A stretch of 64,000 nucleotides of DNA from positions 2,356 to 66,355 of the forward strand of contig JAZDLQ010000098.1 of assembly GCA_043801855.1 (NCBI GenBank), read 5' to 3'. The position numbers and the translations under genes are program-made. The notes beneath the pieces were generated by a model. The model was not told the origin of the DNA. It was given only the letters and a program-made list of their open reading frames with translations, and did not search any database. The DNA is from an archaeon (GTDB lineage: Archaea > Nanobdellota > Nanobdellia > Woesearchaeales > GW2011-AR15). Positions 27,545-35,617 of this stretch are shown here, in pieces (the stretch's first letter is position 1; every line of letters begins with the position of its first letter).

Positions 27545-28261
27545 TCAATATTTTATTATCTTGCTAACTATCTCAAGGAAAGACTTAGTATCTGAATTGC
27601 CTGATTCCAGAATAAATGGCTTTCCGCTATCTCCTGCCTTCACAATTAACTGATTAAGTGTAAGCTTTCCTAAATAAGGCACATTTAGTTGTTTTGCAGC
27701 TTTTTCTGCTCCGCCTTCTCCGAATATCCCTCCAGACATATTTTCGACTACGCCAATCACAGGTACATTTACTTTCTGGGAAAAAGTGACTGCTTTCATA
27801 GCATCAAGAATTGCAACTTCCTGTGGGGTTGACACAATTATTGATCCTGTTATCGGATTAATCAGGTGAACAATGCTTAATGCTTCATCTCCTGTTCCAG
27901 GCGGAAGGTCAACAATAAGGTAATCAAGCTCTCCCCAATCAACTTCTTCAACAAACTGCTTTATTACTCCGTGTTTTGCTGGCCCTCTCCATATGACTGC
28001 ATCATAATCGTTTTCGAGTAAAAATGCCATTGACATGACTTTTAAATTGTCTTTTACTGCAACAGGCATTATTTTCTTATCTTTAATCTGAATTTTAGTG
28101 TTGTTGATATTGAGCATCTTTGGCACATTTGGGCCGTGAATGTCAATATCAAGTAGTCCAACCTGAAAATGCTTTTCAGCCAATGCATACGCTAGATTGA
28201 CAGCCACAGTTGTCTTTCCAACTCCGCCTTTTCCACTCATCACAAGTATTGTTTTTTTCAT
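27545..28261 (-). CDS. mrp: Mrp/NBP35 (ApbC) family Fe-S cluster carrier ATPase
   Basis: 'GKGGVGKTTVAVNLA', 'DLPPGTGD' and 'GVVENMSG'. Confidence 0.85.
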   Translation of the reverse strand: MKKTILVMSGKGGVGKTTVAVNLAYALAEKHFQVGLLDIDIHGPNVPKMLNINNTKIQIKDKKIMPVAVKDNLKVMSMAFLLENDYDAVIWRGPAKHGVIKQFVEEVDWGELDYLIVDLPPGTGDEALSIVHLINPITGSIIVSTPQEVAILDAMKAVTFSQKVNVPVIGVVENMSGGIFGEGGAEKAAKQLNVPYLGKLTLNQLIVKAGDSGKPFILESGNSDTKSFLEIVSKIIKY

Positions 28262-28313
28262 TTTTTTTAGTTCATGTCTTCTATATTTTAGTACTGTAAG
28301 ATTTTTTTCATGT

Positions 28314-28862
28314 TTAATTCAAATGAATGAAAAAATTTCTAACTTTAATTATTCCGTAAGCAGCAATCCCTCCTATTATTGCAGTCACTAATTGCATTGT
28401 TCCCATTGTAGTAAGAAACAAAGCTGGAACTGTTTTTAAGCTAACTAGTAAATATGCGCTTCCAAAAAGAAATGCTGTTTTTAATGCACTGCTTATTCCA
28501 AGGCTGACAAAATAATTGCTTTTTAATTTGCCTTTAAAAAATTTCATTGCATATACAATTATTGCGTTTCCAACCCATATAAACGGAATCATATAAATTA
28601 AATAAACACTCATTGGCCCAAAAATCATCCCTCTTGCAAGAACACCAATGCTTGGAAAAAGTATTATCGGAAGTGTTCCTTTTAAATCCATGTAATATGA
28701 ACTTAAAATTAGCGCAGCATTAACCCCAATTCCTACAATTATTTGTGGATGTCCAATTAGCAAAGGCAATAATAACGCTGAAAAAGAATACAAAAATAAC
28801 TGTAGCCTGTATTCTATATAATTTAGTTTTTCTATTTGAATATTAATAAATGAGTTTTCCAT
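28314..28862 (-). CDS. Polytopic membrane protein, unknown function
   Basis: About 5 TM helices. I place the start at ATG 28862 (MENSFINIQ...), preceded by GAGGTG. The longer track ORF (to 28991) would overlap the DUF134 gene. Confidence 0.5.
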   Translation of the reverse strand: MENSFINIQIEKLNYIEYRLQLFLYSFSALLLPLLIGHPQIIVGIGVNAALILSSYYMDLKGTLPIILFPSIGVLARGMIFGPMSVYLIYMIPFIWVGNAIIVYAMKFFKGKLKSNYFVSLGISSALKTAFLFGSAYLLVSLKTVPALFLTTMGTMQLVTAIIGGIAAYGIIKVRNFFIHLN

Positions 28863-28872
28863 TTTTTTCACC

Positions 28873-29391
28873 TCAAAATCTTGGATCTCTTCCAGCACCA
28901 CCTTGTCCTCTTCCCTGACCAGTTTGAGATTGCCCTCTTCCTTTTCCCATTCCTCCTCTTCCGTGATGTCCAAATTCACCTGTCTCCACATTTACCCTAT
29001 GGAAGTTTGTGCTTGCACATTTTGGACACTTTTGCGGCCTGCCTGTCCCAAACACTTCTTCCCATTCATTATTGCAGCTATAACACCTAAATTTTCTGTT
29101 TACCAATTTGAATACTCCTCCTTCAATCTTTAGTGCCTTTCCATTAATTATTGCATCAGTAATCTTTTTTATTGCTGAATCAAAAACCCGTGAAAATGTC
29201 GGCTGTGAAATATTCATCAGTTCAGCTGCTTTCACCTGGTCATAATTTTCAATTTCCCTTAGTCTTAATGCTTCATATTCCTCACAACTCAGGTTAACTT
29301 CTTCAAGTTCTGTTAAAGGAATACCTCTTGGCTTGAAGTAATCAACTGAAGGTTCTCTTCCGATGAATCTGTATTTTTTAGGGCGTACCAT
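28873..29391 (-). CDS. DUF134 (UPF0251) putative DNA-binding protein with zinc-ribbon and Gly/Arg-rich tail
   Basis: 'MVRPKKYRFIGREPSVDYFKPRGIP...LSCEEYEALRLREIENYDQVKAAELMNISQPTFSRV', then 'CYSCNNEW...CPKCAS' and 'GRGGMGKGRGQSQTGQGRGQGGAGR'. Confidence 0.7.
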   Translation of the reverse strand: MVRPKKYRFIGREPSVDYFKPRGIPLTELEEVNLSCEEYEALRLREIENYDQVKAAELMNISQPTFSRVFDSAIKKITDAIINGKALKIEGGVFKLVNRKFRCYSCNNEWEEVFGTGRPQKCPKCASTNFHRVNVETGEFGHHGRGGMGKGRGQSQTGQGRGQGGAGRDPRF

Positions 29392-29537
29392 TTTCTTATA
29401 ATGAATAGGTATTCAAAACAACTATTTAAAAGTATCGATTATGAAATATTTGTACTTCTATTTACTGAAGTTAACATAATTGTATCTTCTGATTAGTAAA
29501 ATATATATGCCTGCTAATATCTTTATTTCATTTAAGT

Positions 29538-30297
29538 ATGGTTTCAACATTCATTAATGCATTAATGCTGACTTTCATGGCAGGATTATCTACTGTGCTT
29601 GGCAGCTTCATCATTATCTTTGTAAACAAGAAAAAAGACGGCTACCTTGGCATTGCAATGGGCTTTGCAGCCGGAGTTATGATATTTATCTCTCTTTCTG
29701 AATTATTGCCTGAAAGCATTGGAAAGATAGGTTATATGCCAGCAATAATCTCTTTTTTTTGCAGGTATATTGATTATTTATTTGATCGATATTTTTATTC
29801 CTCACTCATATGAAGCAGAGAATGCATGCAATCCTGAAAAAGAAAAGTGCGAACTTAAGAGATGCGGAATGTTAATTGCTATAGGTATTACCATACATAA
29901 TTTCCCAGAAGGAATAGCTGTATTTTTCTCATCACTTGTTAATATGCACTTAGGATTGACTATTGCGATAGCGATTGCCTTACATAACATACCTGAGGGG
30001 ATAGCTGTGGCTATGCCAATATATTACGCCACAAACAGTAAGAAGCAGGCATTTTTATTTTCATTTATATCAGGAATCGCAGAGCCAATAGGAGCTATAT
30101 TTGCATATTTAATATTAAAAGAGTTCTTGAGTAGCACTCTTCTTTACACTCTGCTTGCAGCAGTGGCTGGAATAATGATATTTATCAGTTTTGATGAATT
30201 GCTACCTCAGGCTTTCAAACAGAAAAATAATCATTTAACTATTGCAGGGATATTTCTAGGCATGGCTGTTGTTGCAGTTAGTTTACTGTTGTTTTAA
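29538..30297 (+). pseudogene. zupT: ZIP-family metal importer (ZupT-like) split by a +1 frameshift in a T8 tract
   Basis: ORFs 29538-29813 and 29770-30297 together read as one ZupT ('HNFPEGIAVF', 'ALHNIPEGIAVA'). Removing one T from T8 (29753-29760) restores ...AIISFFAGILIIYLIDIFIPH... Confidence 0.8.
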
Positions 30298-30373
30298 ATG
30301 TATATAAAAAGTTGACCTTGACGTTTTTTCTCGAATTTCCACCAAATCCAATAACAAAAATCTGATCTGATTA

Positions 30374-31132
30374 TTATTCTGCCATGTTATTAAAGAGATA
30401 GCTTGCAATAAGAATCATTACAGTTGAAAAGGAGAAAAGTACAATCAAATTTTGCATTATCGGAAACCTTGACATTCCAACAAGAATCCCGCGCAGCCCA
30501 TCGACACCATACATCAATGGATCTGCCGATGATATTATCCTCATCCACCAAGGCACTTCATTAAGAGGAAAAAACGCGCCTGATAAAAAGAACAGCGGCA
30601 TCACAAGAAGGTTCATTATCATCTGGAAACCTTCCATATTGTTAAGCCTGGACGCAATAGCAAGGCCAAGTGAAACAAAAAATACAGAAATTAAAATCAT
30701 AAATAAATATGAAAAAAGAATATTTGCAAAAGTAAGCCTGCTAACAGGCAGTGCACCGACAATTGCTGCTGCAATCATAACCGCTGTTGCAGTAATAAGT
30801 GATACTGTTGTGCTTCCGGCAATTTTGCCAAGTACTATTGCTGTTCTTGAAACCGGCGCAACAAGAATTTCTTTTAAAAATCCAAACTGCTTATCCCAGA
30901 TTACTGAAACGCCTGCAAAAATTGAAGTGAAAAGAAGCGACATGCCAATAATTCCGGGACATATAAAGCTTAGGTAACTTGCACCAGGAACACTGAACGA
31001 AGAATTAATACCAGTTCCCACTACAACCAGCCACAGTATTGGCATAGTTAAACTTCCGACAATTCTTGATTTTGACCTAAGATACCTTTTTATTTCCCTA
31101 AGCCAAAGAACATAAATTGCATGGAATTCCAT
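30374..31132 (-). CDS. ABC-2 type exporter permease
   Basis: 252 aa with six TM helices, immediately downstream (2 nt) of the ABC ATPase. Confidence 0.75.
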   Translation of the reverse strand: MEFHAIYVLWLREIKRYLRSKSRIVGSLTMPILWLVVVGTGINSSFSVPGASYLSFICPGIIGMSLLFTSIFAGVSVIWDKQFGFLKEILVAPVSRTAIVLGKIAGSTTVSLITATAVMIAAAIVGALPVSRLTFANILFSYLFMILISVFFVSLGLAIASRLNNMEGFQMIMNLLVMPLFFLSGAFFPLNEVPWWMRIISSADPLMYGVDGLRGILVGMSRFPIMQNLIVLFSFSTVMILIASYLFNNMAE

Positions 31133-31134
31133 TT

Positions 31135-32121
31135 TTAGTGCATCCTCATCCGCAGGCGCATTGAAGATTTTTCATCTCCTGACTCGTCTCTTATTTTTCT
31201 TCCAGTATAATGTATAAACACATCTTCAAGGCTTGGGCGCTTAAACAATACTGAATCAATAGTAATATTATTAGAAGATGCTATCTCAATTATTTTTGCA
31301 ACAGTCTTGCTTGCATTAGCAACAGTAATATTTAGAGCGCTGTCAAGAATATGTGTTTTTTTAGCAAGCTTTTTTTCGTCAATAATTGCCTTTAGTTTAG
31401 CTGCTTCATTGCATGAAAGTATAATAATATCTCCGCCAAGTGCATCTTTAAGCTTATCCGGTGAATCCAGTGCAATTATTTTCCCATTATCTATAATTGC
31501 AATCCTATCGCATAAAAAATCAGCCTCATCCATGTAGTGCGTTGTCATAATAATTGTTATTTTTGAAGACTTGTTGAACTTTTTTATGTAATCCCATAGA
31601 TTTCTTCTTGTCTGTGGATCAAGGCCAATTGTTGGCTCATCTAAGAAGAGGACACTTGGAGAATGCATTAGGCCTCTGGCAATCTCAAGCCTTCTTTTCA
31701 TACCTCCTGAGTATGCCTTAATCTGGACATCTTTTTTGTTTGTAAGTTCGACAATCTTTAAGAGAAACTCTGTTTTTTCTTTTATTATGGCGTCACTTAG
31801 TCCGTAGAGTTTCCCGTGAAAATACATATTTTCTTCTCCTGTCAAAACATCATCAAGGCTTGGATCCTGAAAAACAATTCCTATTGACTTTCTTACTAGG
31901 TCCTTATTTTTTATTATGTCACTACCGCACACAACAGCAGTCCCATTTGTCGGATTAAGAATAGTAGAAAGCATAGAAATAAGAGTTGTCTTTCCTGCGC
32001 CATTTGGCCCAAGAAGCCCAAATATTTCACCATCATTAATATCAAGGCTGACAGAGTCAACCGCTGTTAAAGAGCCAAAGCGCTTTGTTAGACTGCTTAT
32101 TTTGATTGCTATTTTTTTCAT
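31135..32121 (-). CDS. ABC transporter ATP-binding protein (DrrA/ABC-2 type)
   Basis: 'GLLGPNGAGKTT', 'YSGGMKRRLEIARGL' and 'LFLDEPTIGLD'. ATG 32121 (MKKIAIK). The track start 32133 is TTG. Confidence 0.85.
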   Translation of the reverse strand: MKKIAIKISSLTKRFGSLTAVDSVSLDINDGEIFGLLGPNGAGKTTLISMLSTILNPTNGTAVVCGSDIIKNKDLVRKSIGIVFQDPSLDDVLTGEENMYFHGKLYGLSDAIIKEKTEFLLKIVELTNKKDVQIKAYSGGMKRRLEIARGLMHSPSVLFLDEPTIGLDPQTRRNLWDYIKKFNKSSKITIIMTTHYMDEADFLCDRIAIIDNGKIIALDSPDKLKDALGGDIIILSCNEAAKLKAIIDEKKLAKKTHILDSALNITVANASKTVAKIIEIASSNNITIDSVLFKRPSLEDVFIHYTGRKIRDESGDEKSSMRLRMRMH

Positions 32122-32189
32122 TTTAAGATGCAATGCCTAGTTCTATAATTAGATGTTTTGCTTTAGTTTTTAAAATTGATGGAAATTGC

Positions 32190-32227
32190 ATGTATTTTTT
32201 GCTGCATATATCGTAGAAAAAATACAT
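32190..32227. promoter_or_regulatory. 11-bp perfect inverted repeat in the divergent ABC/mgtC promoter region
   Basis: ATGTATTTTTT (32190-32200) and AAAAAATACAT (32217-32227) with a 16-nt spacer. Ends 18 nt before the mgtC ATG. Confidence 0.3.
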
Positions 32228-32244
32228 TGAAAAGGTTTAAATAG

Positions 32245-32898
32245 ATGAAAAAAAATTATAGTTTTATGGATAGATTAGCAATATTGTTTAGGATTGCACT
32301 CACTTTTGCGCTCTCACTTATTTACGGAGTAGACAGGCAGCGCTCGCACAAGCCGATTAGCTTTGGAACTTTCTCATTTGTTGCTGTTGGTTCATGCGCA
32401 CTTGCACTAACTGCAATGAACCTCATGCCTGAAAATCCACTTGCGCTACTTGGTGCGATTGTTACTGGCATTGGTTTTCTTGGAGCTGGTGCATTAATTA
32501 AAACAACAGATAAGATATTTCACTTCACAACAGCCTCTAGCATATGGGTTTTTGCAATTTTTGGACTTGCAATAGGAGTTGGAGAATACTTTGTCGGAAC
32601 TTTGCTATACGCAGTAGTATGGATTGTAATATTCTATGATAGCCATCTCGAGAAAGAAGGAATCGGAACGTACCAAAGAAAATTAGTTATAAACACAAAT
32701 AAGATTATTTCTGAAAGAGAATTAAGAGATATATTGCTAGTAAAATCAAAAAAATCTAAGCTAATAGATATCTATCTTGACAAAAAAGAGCATAAGATTT
32801 CATTTACGTATCTAATTGAAGGAACTAAAGAGCATATTAACAGCATACCTAAAACCCTTTATGATAAGGATTGGTTTGAGAGCTGTAAGATCGAATAA
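32245..32898 (+). CDS. mgtC: MgtC/SapB family membrane protein
   Basis: 'GVDRQRSHKPISFGTFSFVAVGSCA', 'GIGFLGAGALIK' and a soluble C-terminal domain. Confidence 0.75.
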   Translation: MKKNYSFMDRLAILFRIALTFALSLIYGVDRQRSHKPISFGTFSFVAVGSCALALTAMNLMPENPLALLGAIVTGIGFLGAGALIKTTDKIFHFTTASSIWVFAIFGLAIGVGEYFVGTLLYAVVWIVIFYDSHLEKEGIGTYQRKLVINTNKIISERELRDILLVKSKKSKLIDIYLDKKEHKISFTYLIEGTKEHINSIPKTLYDKDWFESCKIE

Positions 32899-32977
32899 AT
32901 GAAACGTAAACAAATAGATTTAAATATCCTTTTTTAATTACTTTTAATTATTATTAATATATAAGAGGGGTGTTAAA

Positions 32978-33358
32978 ATGACAAAAGAATTAATGAAAAA
33001 ACTAGGTGTATATGCATTTTTGGCAGGAATTGTTATTGCACTTGCAACAGGCGTTATAACCGGCTTTATGAGCGTTAATGGCGAGACACTTGGTCTAGTA
33101 TCAGGATTAATGGTATTGCTTGGCATAGTAGTCGGCGCAATGAATATATCAGACAAAGAAGTAAATAGCTTTGTTATTGCAGCTATCGGACTTGCATCAG
33201 GCTCAATGGCAATCGCAGGACTTGGACCTTTATTACCAATAACACCAATCGACACAGGCAAAATTGTAACAACCGCATTCACGATTTTTAGTGTGTTTGT
33301 AGCTGGGGCTGTGTTTGTACCTGCACTAAAATCAATCTATAAATTATCCAAAGATTAA
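32978..33358 (+). CDS. Small polytopic membrane protein
   Basis: 126 aa with 4 hydrophobic helices. GAGGGGTG lies upstream of the ATG. Confidence 0.5.
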   Translation: MTKELMKKLGVYAFLAGIVIALATGVITGFMSVNGETLGLVSGLMVLLGIVVGAMNISDKEVNSFVIAAIGLASGSMAIAGLGPLLPITPIDTGKIVTTAFTIFSVFVAGAVFVPALKSIYKLSKD

Positions 33359-33403
33359 CTTTGGAGAAAATATTTTTTATTTTTTTTAAATTACAAATAA
33401 AGC

Positions 33404-34309
33404 TTATTTTACATAAGTTTTTCTTAAACTTACTAAAGATGCAAATATACTAATAAATTCTCGATATTTTCTTTCTACATAATCCTTACTTACATTCCCT
33501 GTTTTTATTGAATCTTTTTCTGTATTTTGTTCTGATATTTCAGACCAAAAAGTCATTGCTTGATTAATAATTGGTTCTGTTATTGCTGAGGTAGTTATAT
33601 TTCCTGTCGAAAAATAAGAAATTTGTTGTTTTCTTGTAAATGGCTTGCCCTTATTTGAAGTAATTTTGTTATCCTCTGCTATTTTAAATATACATTTGAA
33701 AAAGAAAAGAGATCTTAGTCCAAATACTTCAATGTATTTTGATTCATCAGGTGAAAATGTATTGTATCTTCTAAGAAATTTTTCAAAGTCACTAGCAGCA
33801 ATATTATTCATTTTAGGTAATTCAACTTTAATTAAATTAATGTCTTCTCTTAATTTATCATATTGTTTAAATTCCTCAATATAAGTATGTTTTTTTGGAA
33901 AATAAGTCGGATAACAATTAATGAAACTTGCAATTGATGCTGTTCCTGAACTAGTAAGAGAACCAACTGCACCATAAGTACCTACATGATTGACCAATAG
34001 CTTTTCTGCTTCTATTGTTTCTTCTTTCATTTTGGAAATTGAAGGAGATAAGTTAATTATTCCTTTTATTGAACCAGTATATGTACTATAATCTTCTTTA
34101 GGCATGCTTACTAAGGTTTCTTTTGAAATGTCATTCATAGAATTGTACATGACATTAATTGTATTTTTGATAATGGATACTTCTTCTAGTTTCCTTGATT
34201 CCGTTTTAATGTTTTCCTTGCTTGTCTCTTCAATTGTGTTTATATCATCTAGTTCTTTTTTCACAAAACTTTTTAGTTCCTCAAACTCTTTTTCTCTTTT
34301 ATCAGACAT
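33404..34309 (-). CDS. Hypothetical cytoplasmic protein (301 aa), no recognisable family
   Basis: Long intact ORF with a coiled-coil-like acidic N-terminus. Divergent from 34412-35401. Confidence 0.45.
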   Translation of the reverse strand: MSDKREKEFEELKSFVKKELDDINTIEETSKENIKTESRKLEEVSIIKNTINVMYNSMNDISKETLVSMPKEDYSTYTGSIKGIINLSPSISKMKEETIEAEKLLVNHVGTYGAVGSLTSSGTASIASFINCYPTYFPKKHTYIEEFKQYDKLREDINLIKVELPKMNNIAASDFEKFLRRYNTFSPDESKYIEVFGLRSLFFFKCIFKIAEDNKITSNKGKPFTRKQQISYFSTGNITTSAITEPIINQAMTFWSEISEQNTEKDSIKTGNVSKDYVERKYREFISIFASLVSLRKTYVK

Positions 34310-34411
34310 ATTAGTTAGAATGATAAATATCTATTTTAAATTAACGAATAAGTCTTTTAATATACTTAAAACGTGCCAATATTTAAATATAAACAACAAA
34401 TTCTTTAATGC

Positions 34412-35401
34412 ATGGCTTTACGTGAGGTTTTCAGTTGGATAGTTGCCATAAGTATATTCATTATCATGAATTATAACACTATTTCTACAGTTACAACAGA
34501 CATCTTTGCTGAAAAGCCAATACCAATTACTATAGCAGAGCTAGGAAAAGTTTCTCTAGATAGTGGAAGTGCAATATTTGACTCATTTAAGCCAAACAGG
34601 CTTTATGTTCCAGATTATCTTGCTAAAATATATATTGATTTTGAAAATAAGCCCGTTACAGTTGATGAGAATTTAAGATTTAGAGTAAAAGTAGATGATT
34701 TAGGTATAGAGAAGCTTCAAAAACCATATTTCTATATTTTGGTAGCAGATCCAAAAGATAAAGTTGTTGGATTTTTCCCAAATTTTTGTGATAACAATGT
34801 AGAACAATACTCAGATTTTGGCACTTACCAGCATAACTCAGGAAAAATAACTTTTATCTTAGATAACCAAAAACCAATTCCTTGGAGAAGTGAAAACTTT
34901 AAAGAAAATAGAATAAATGTTCATTGCTACGATAGCGAAAATTTCTTTTGTATTAATCAGAAATGTGAAAATAGAAGTGTATATATAAAAGGTACAATGA
35001 ATAATGGAAGTCCACTTTTTTATTCTTACAAAACAGATCAATCTGGTACATGGAAAGTTTATGTGTTATTATTTGATACTGAGTATAAAAGCCGACATTG
35101 GAATCAATTGCAAAAATTTGGTGAAAATGCAGTAGAGGTACAGATGGCAGAGAAATATGTTTCCAGTACATCACCGCCAGAGCAGCCCAGGCAAAAAAAC
35201 TATACATTAGAAATATTATATATTATAGTCTCATTAGCAACATCAATTTTAGGTTATTTTACATCTGCAAGATATGTGTATAATATATTGGAAAATTTTT
35301 ATAGAACCAATAGAAGACTGGTCAGAGAGACTTTAATCACAGTTCTGATTTCTTTAATAGTATTATTATTTTTTGTAAGGTTTGTACTAAAAATAATCTA
35401 A
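34412..35401 (+). CDS. Hypothetical membrane protein (N-terminal TM, Cys-containing ectodomain, two C-terminal TM helices)
   Basis: 329 aa: 'WIVAISIFIIMNY', then an approximately 230-aa soluble part, then 'ILYIIVSLATSILGYF' and 'LITVLISLIVLLFFVRFVL'. Confidence 0.45.
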   Translation: MALREVFSWIVAISIFIIMNYNTISTVTTDIFAEKPIPITIAELGKVSLDSGSAIFDSFKPNRLYVPDYLAKIYIDFENKPVTVDENLRFRVKVDDLGIEKLQKPYFYILVADPKDKVVGFFPNFCDNNVEQYSDFGTYQHNSGKITFILDNQKPIPWRSENFKENRINVHCYDSENFFCINQKCENRSVYIKGTMNNGSPLFYSYKTDQSGTWKVYVLLFDTEYKSRHWNQLQKFGENAVEVQMAEKYVSSTSPPEQPRQKNYTLEILYIIVSLATSILGYFTSARYVYNILENFYRTNRRLVRETLITVLISLIVLLFFVRFVLKII

Positions 35402-35451
35402 AATTATATTTGTTTCGTTGAATTATTTTTATCTAATTTAACATTTTGCCG

Positions 35452-35573
35452 CATTTTTTAGGGTGCATGTAATTAAAGTTGGTAACGACTTATGGATAAA
35501 ATTATTGCAGTGCATAGACATACTCGATGCAGTATATTTTCACCGATTCTAATTACATGCACCCCATTTTTTA
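35452..35573. mobile_element. MITE-like element: 104 bp with 15-bp perfect terminal inverted repeats, flanked by a 9-bp direct duplication
   Basis: TIRs GGGTGCATGTAATTA (35461-35475) and TAATTACATGCACCC (35550-35564). CATTTTTTA occurs on both sides (35452-35460 and 35565-35573). No ORF inside. Confidence 0.5.
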
Positions 35574-35617
35574 CTCCAAACCACTAAATTTAAAACATAA
35601 TTCTTTTTTCTTATATT

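Noticed and set aside
28863-28991. N-terminal 43-aa extension of the membrane-protein ORF (track start 28991).
   Set aside because: It would overlap the 3' end of the DUF134 gene by 119 nt and encodes a charged, non-membrane sequence. ATG 28862 with a GAGGTG upstream is a better start.
32944-33282. 112-aa minus-strand ORF opposite the 126-aa membrane protein gene.
   Set aside because: It is the mirror frame of a hydrophobic protein gene. The plus-strand ORF has a GAGGGGTG ribosome-binding site and a coherent TM pattern.
35461-35564. Possible purine riboswitch or leader structure, because the hairpin lies directly upstream of guaA.
   Set aside because: The interior lacks the conserved junction and loop-loop motifs of purine riboswitches. 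The stem is a 15-bp perfect duplex flanked by a direct 9-bp duplication, which fits a MITE better.
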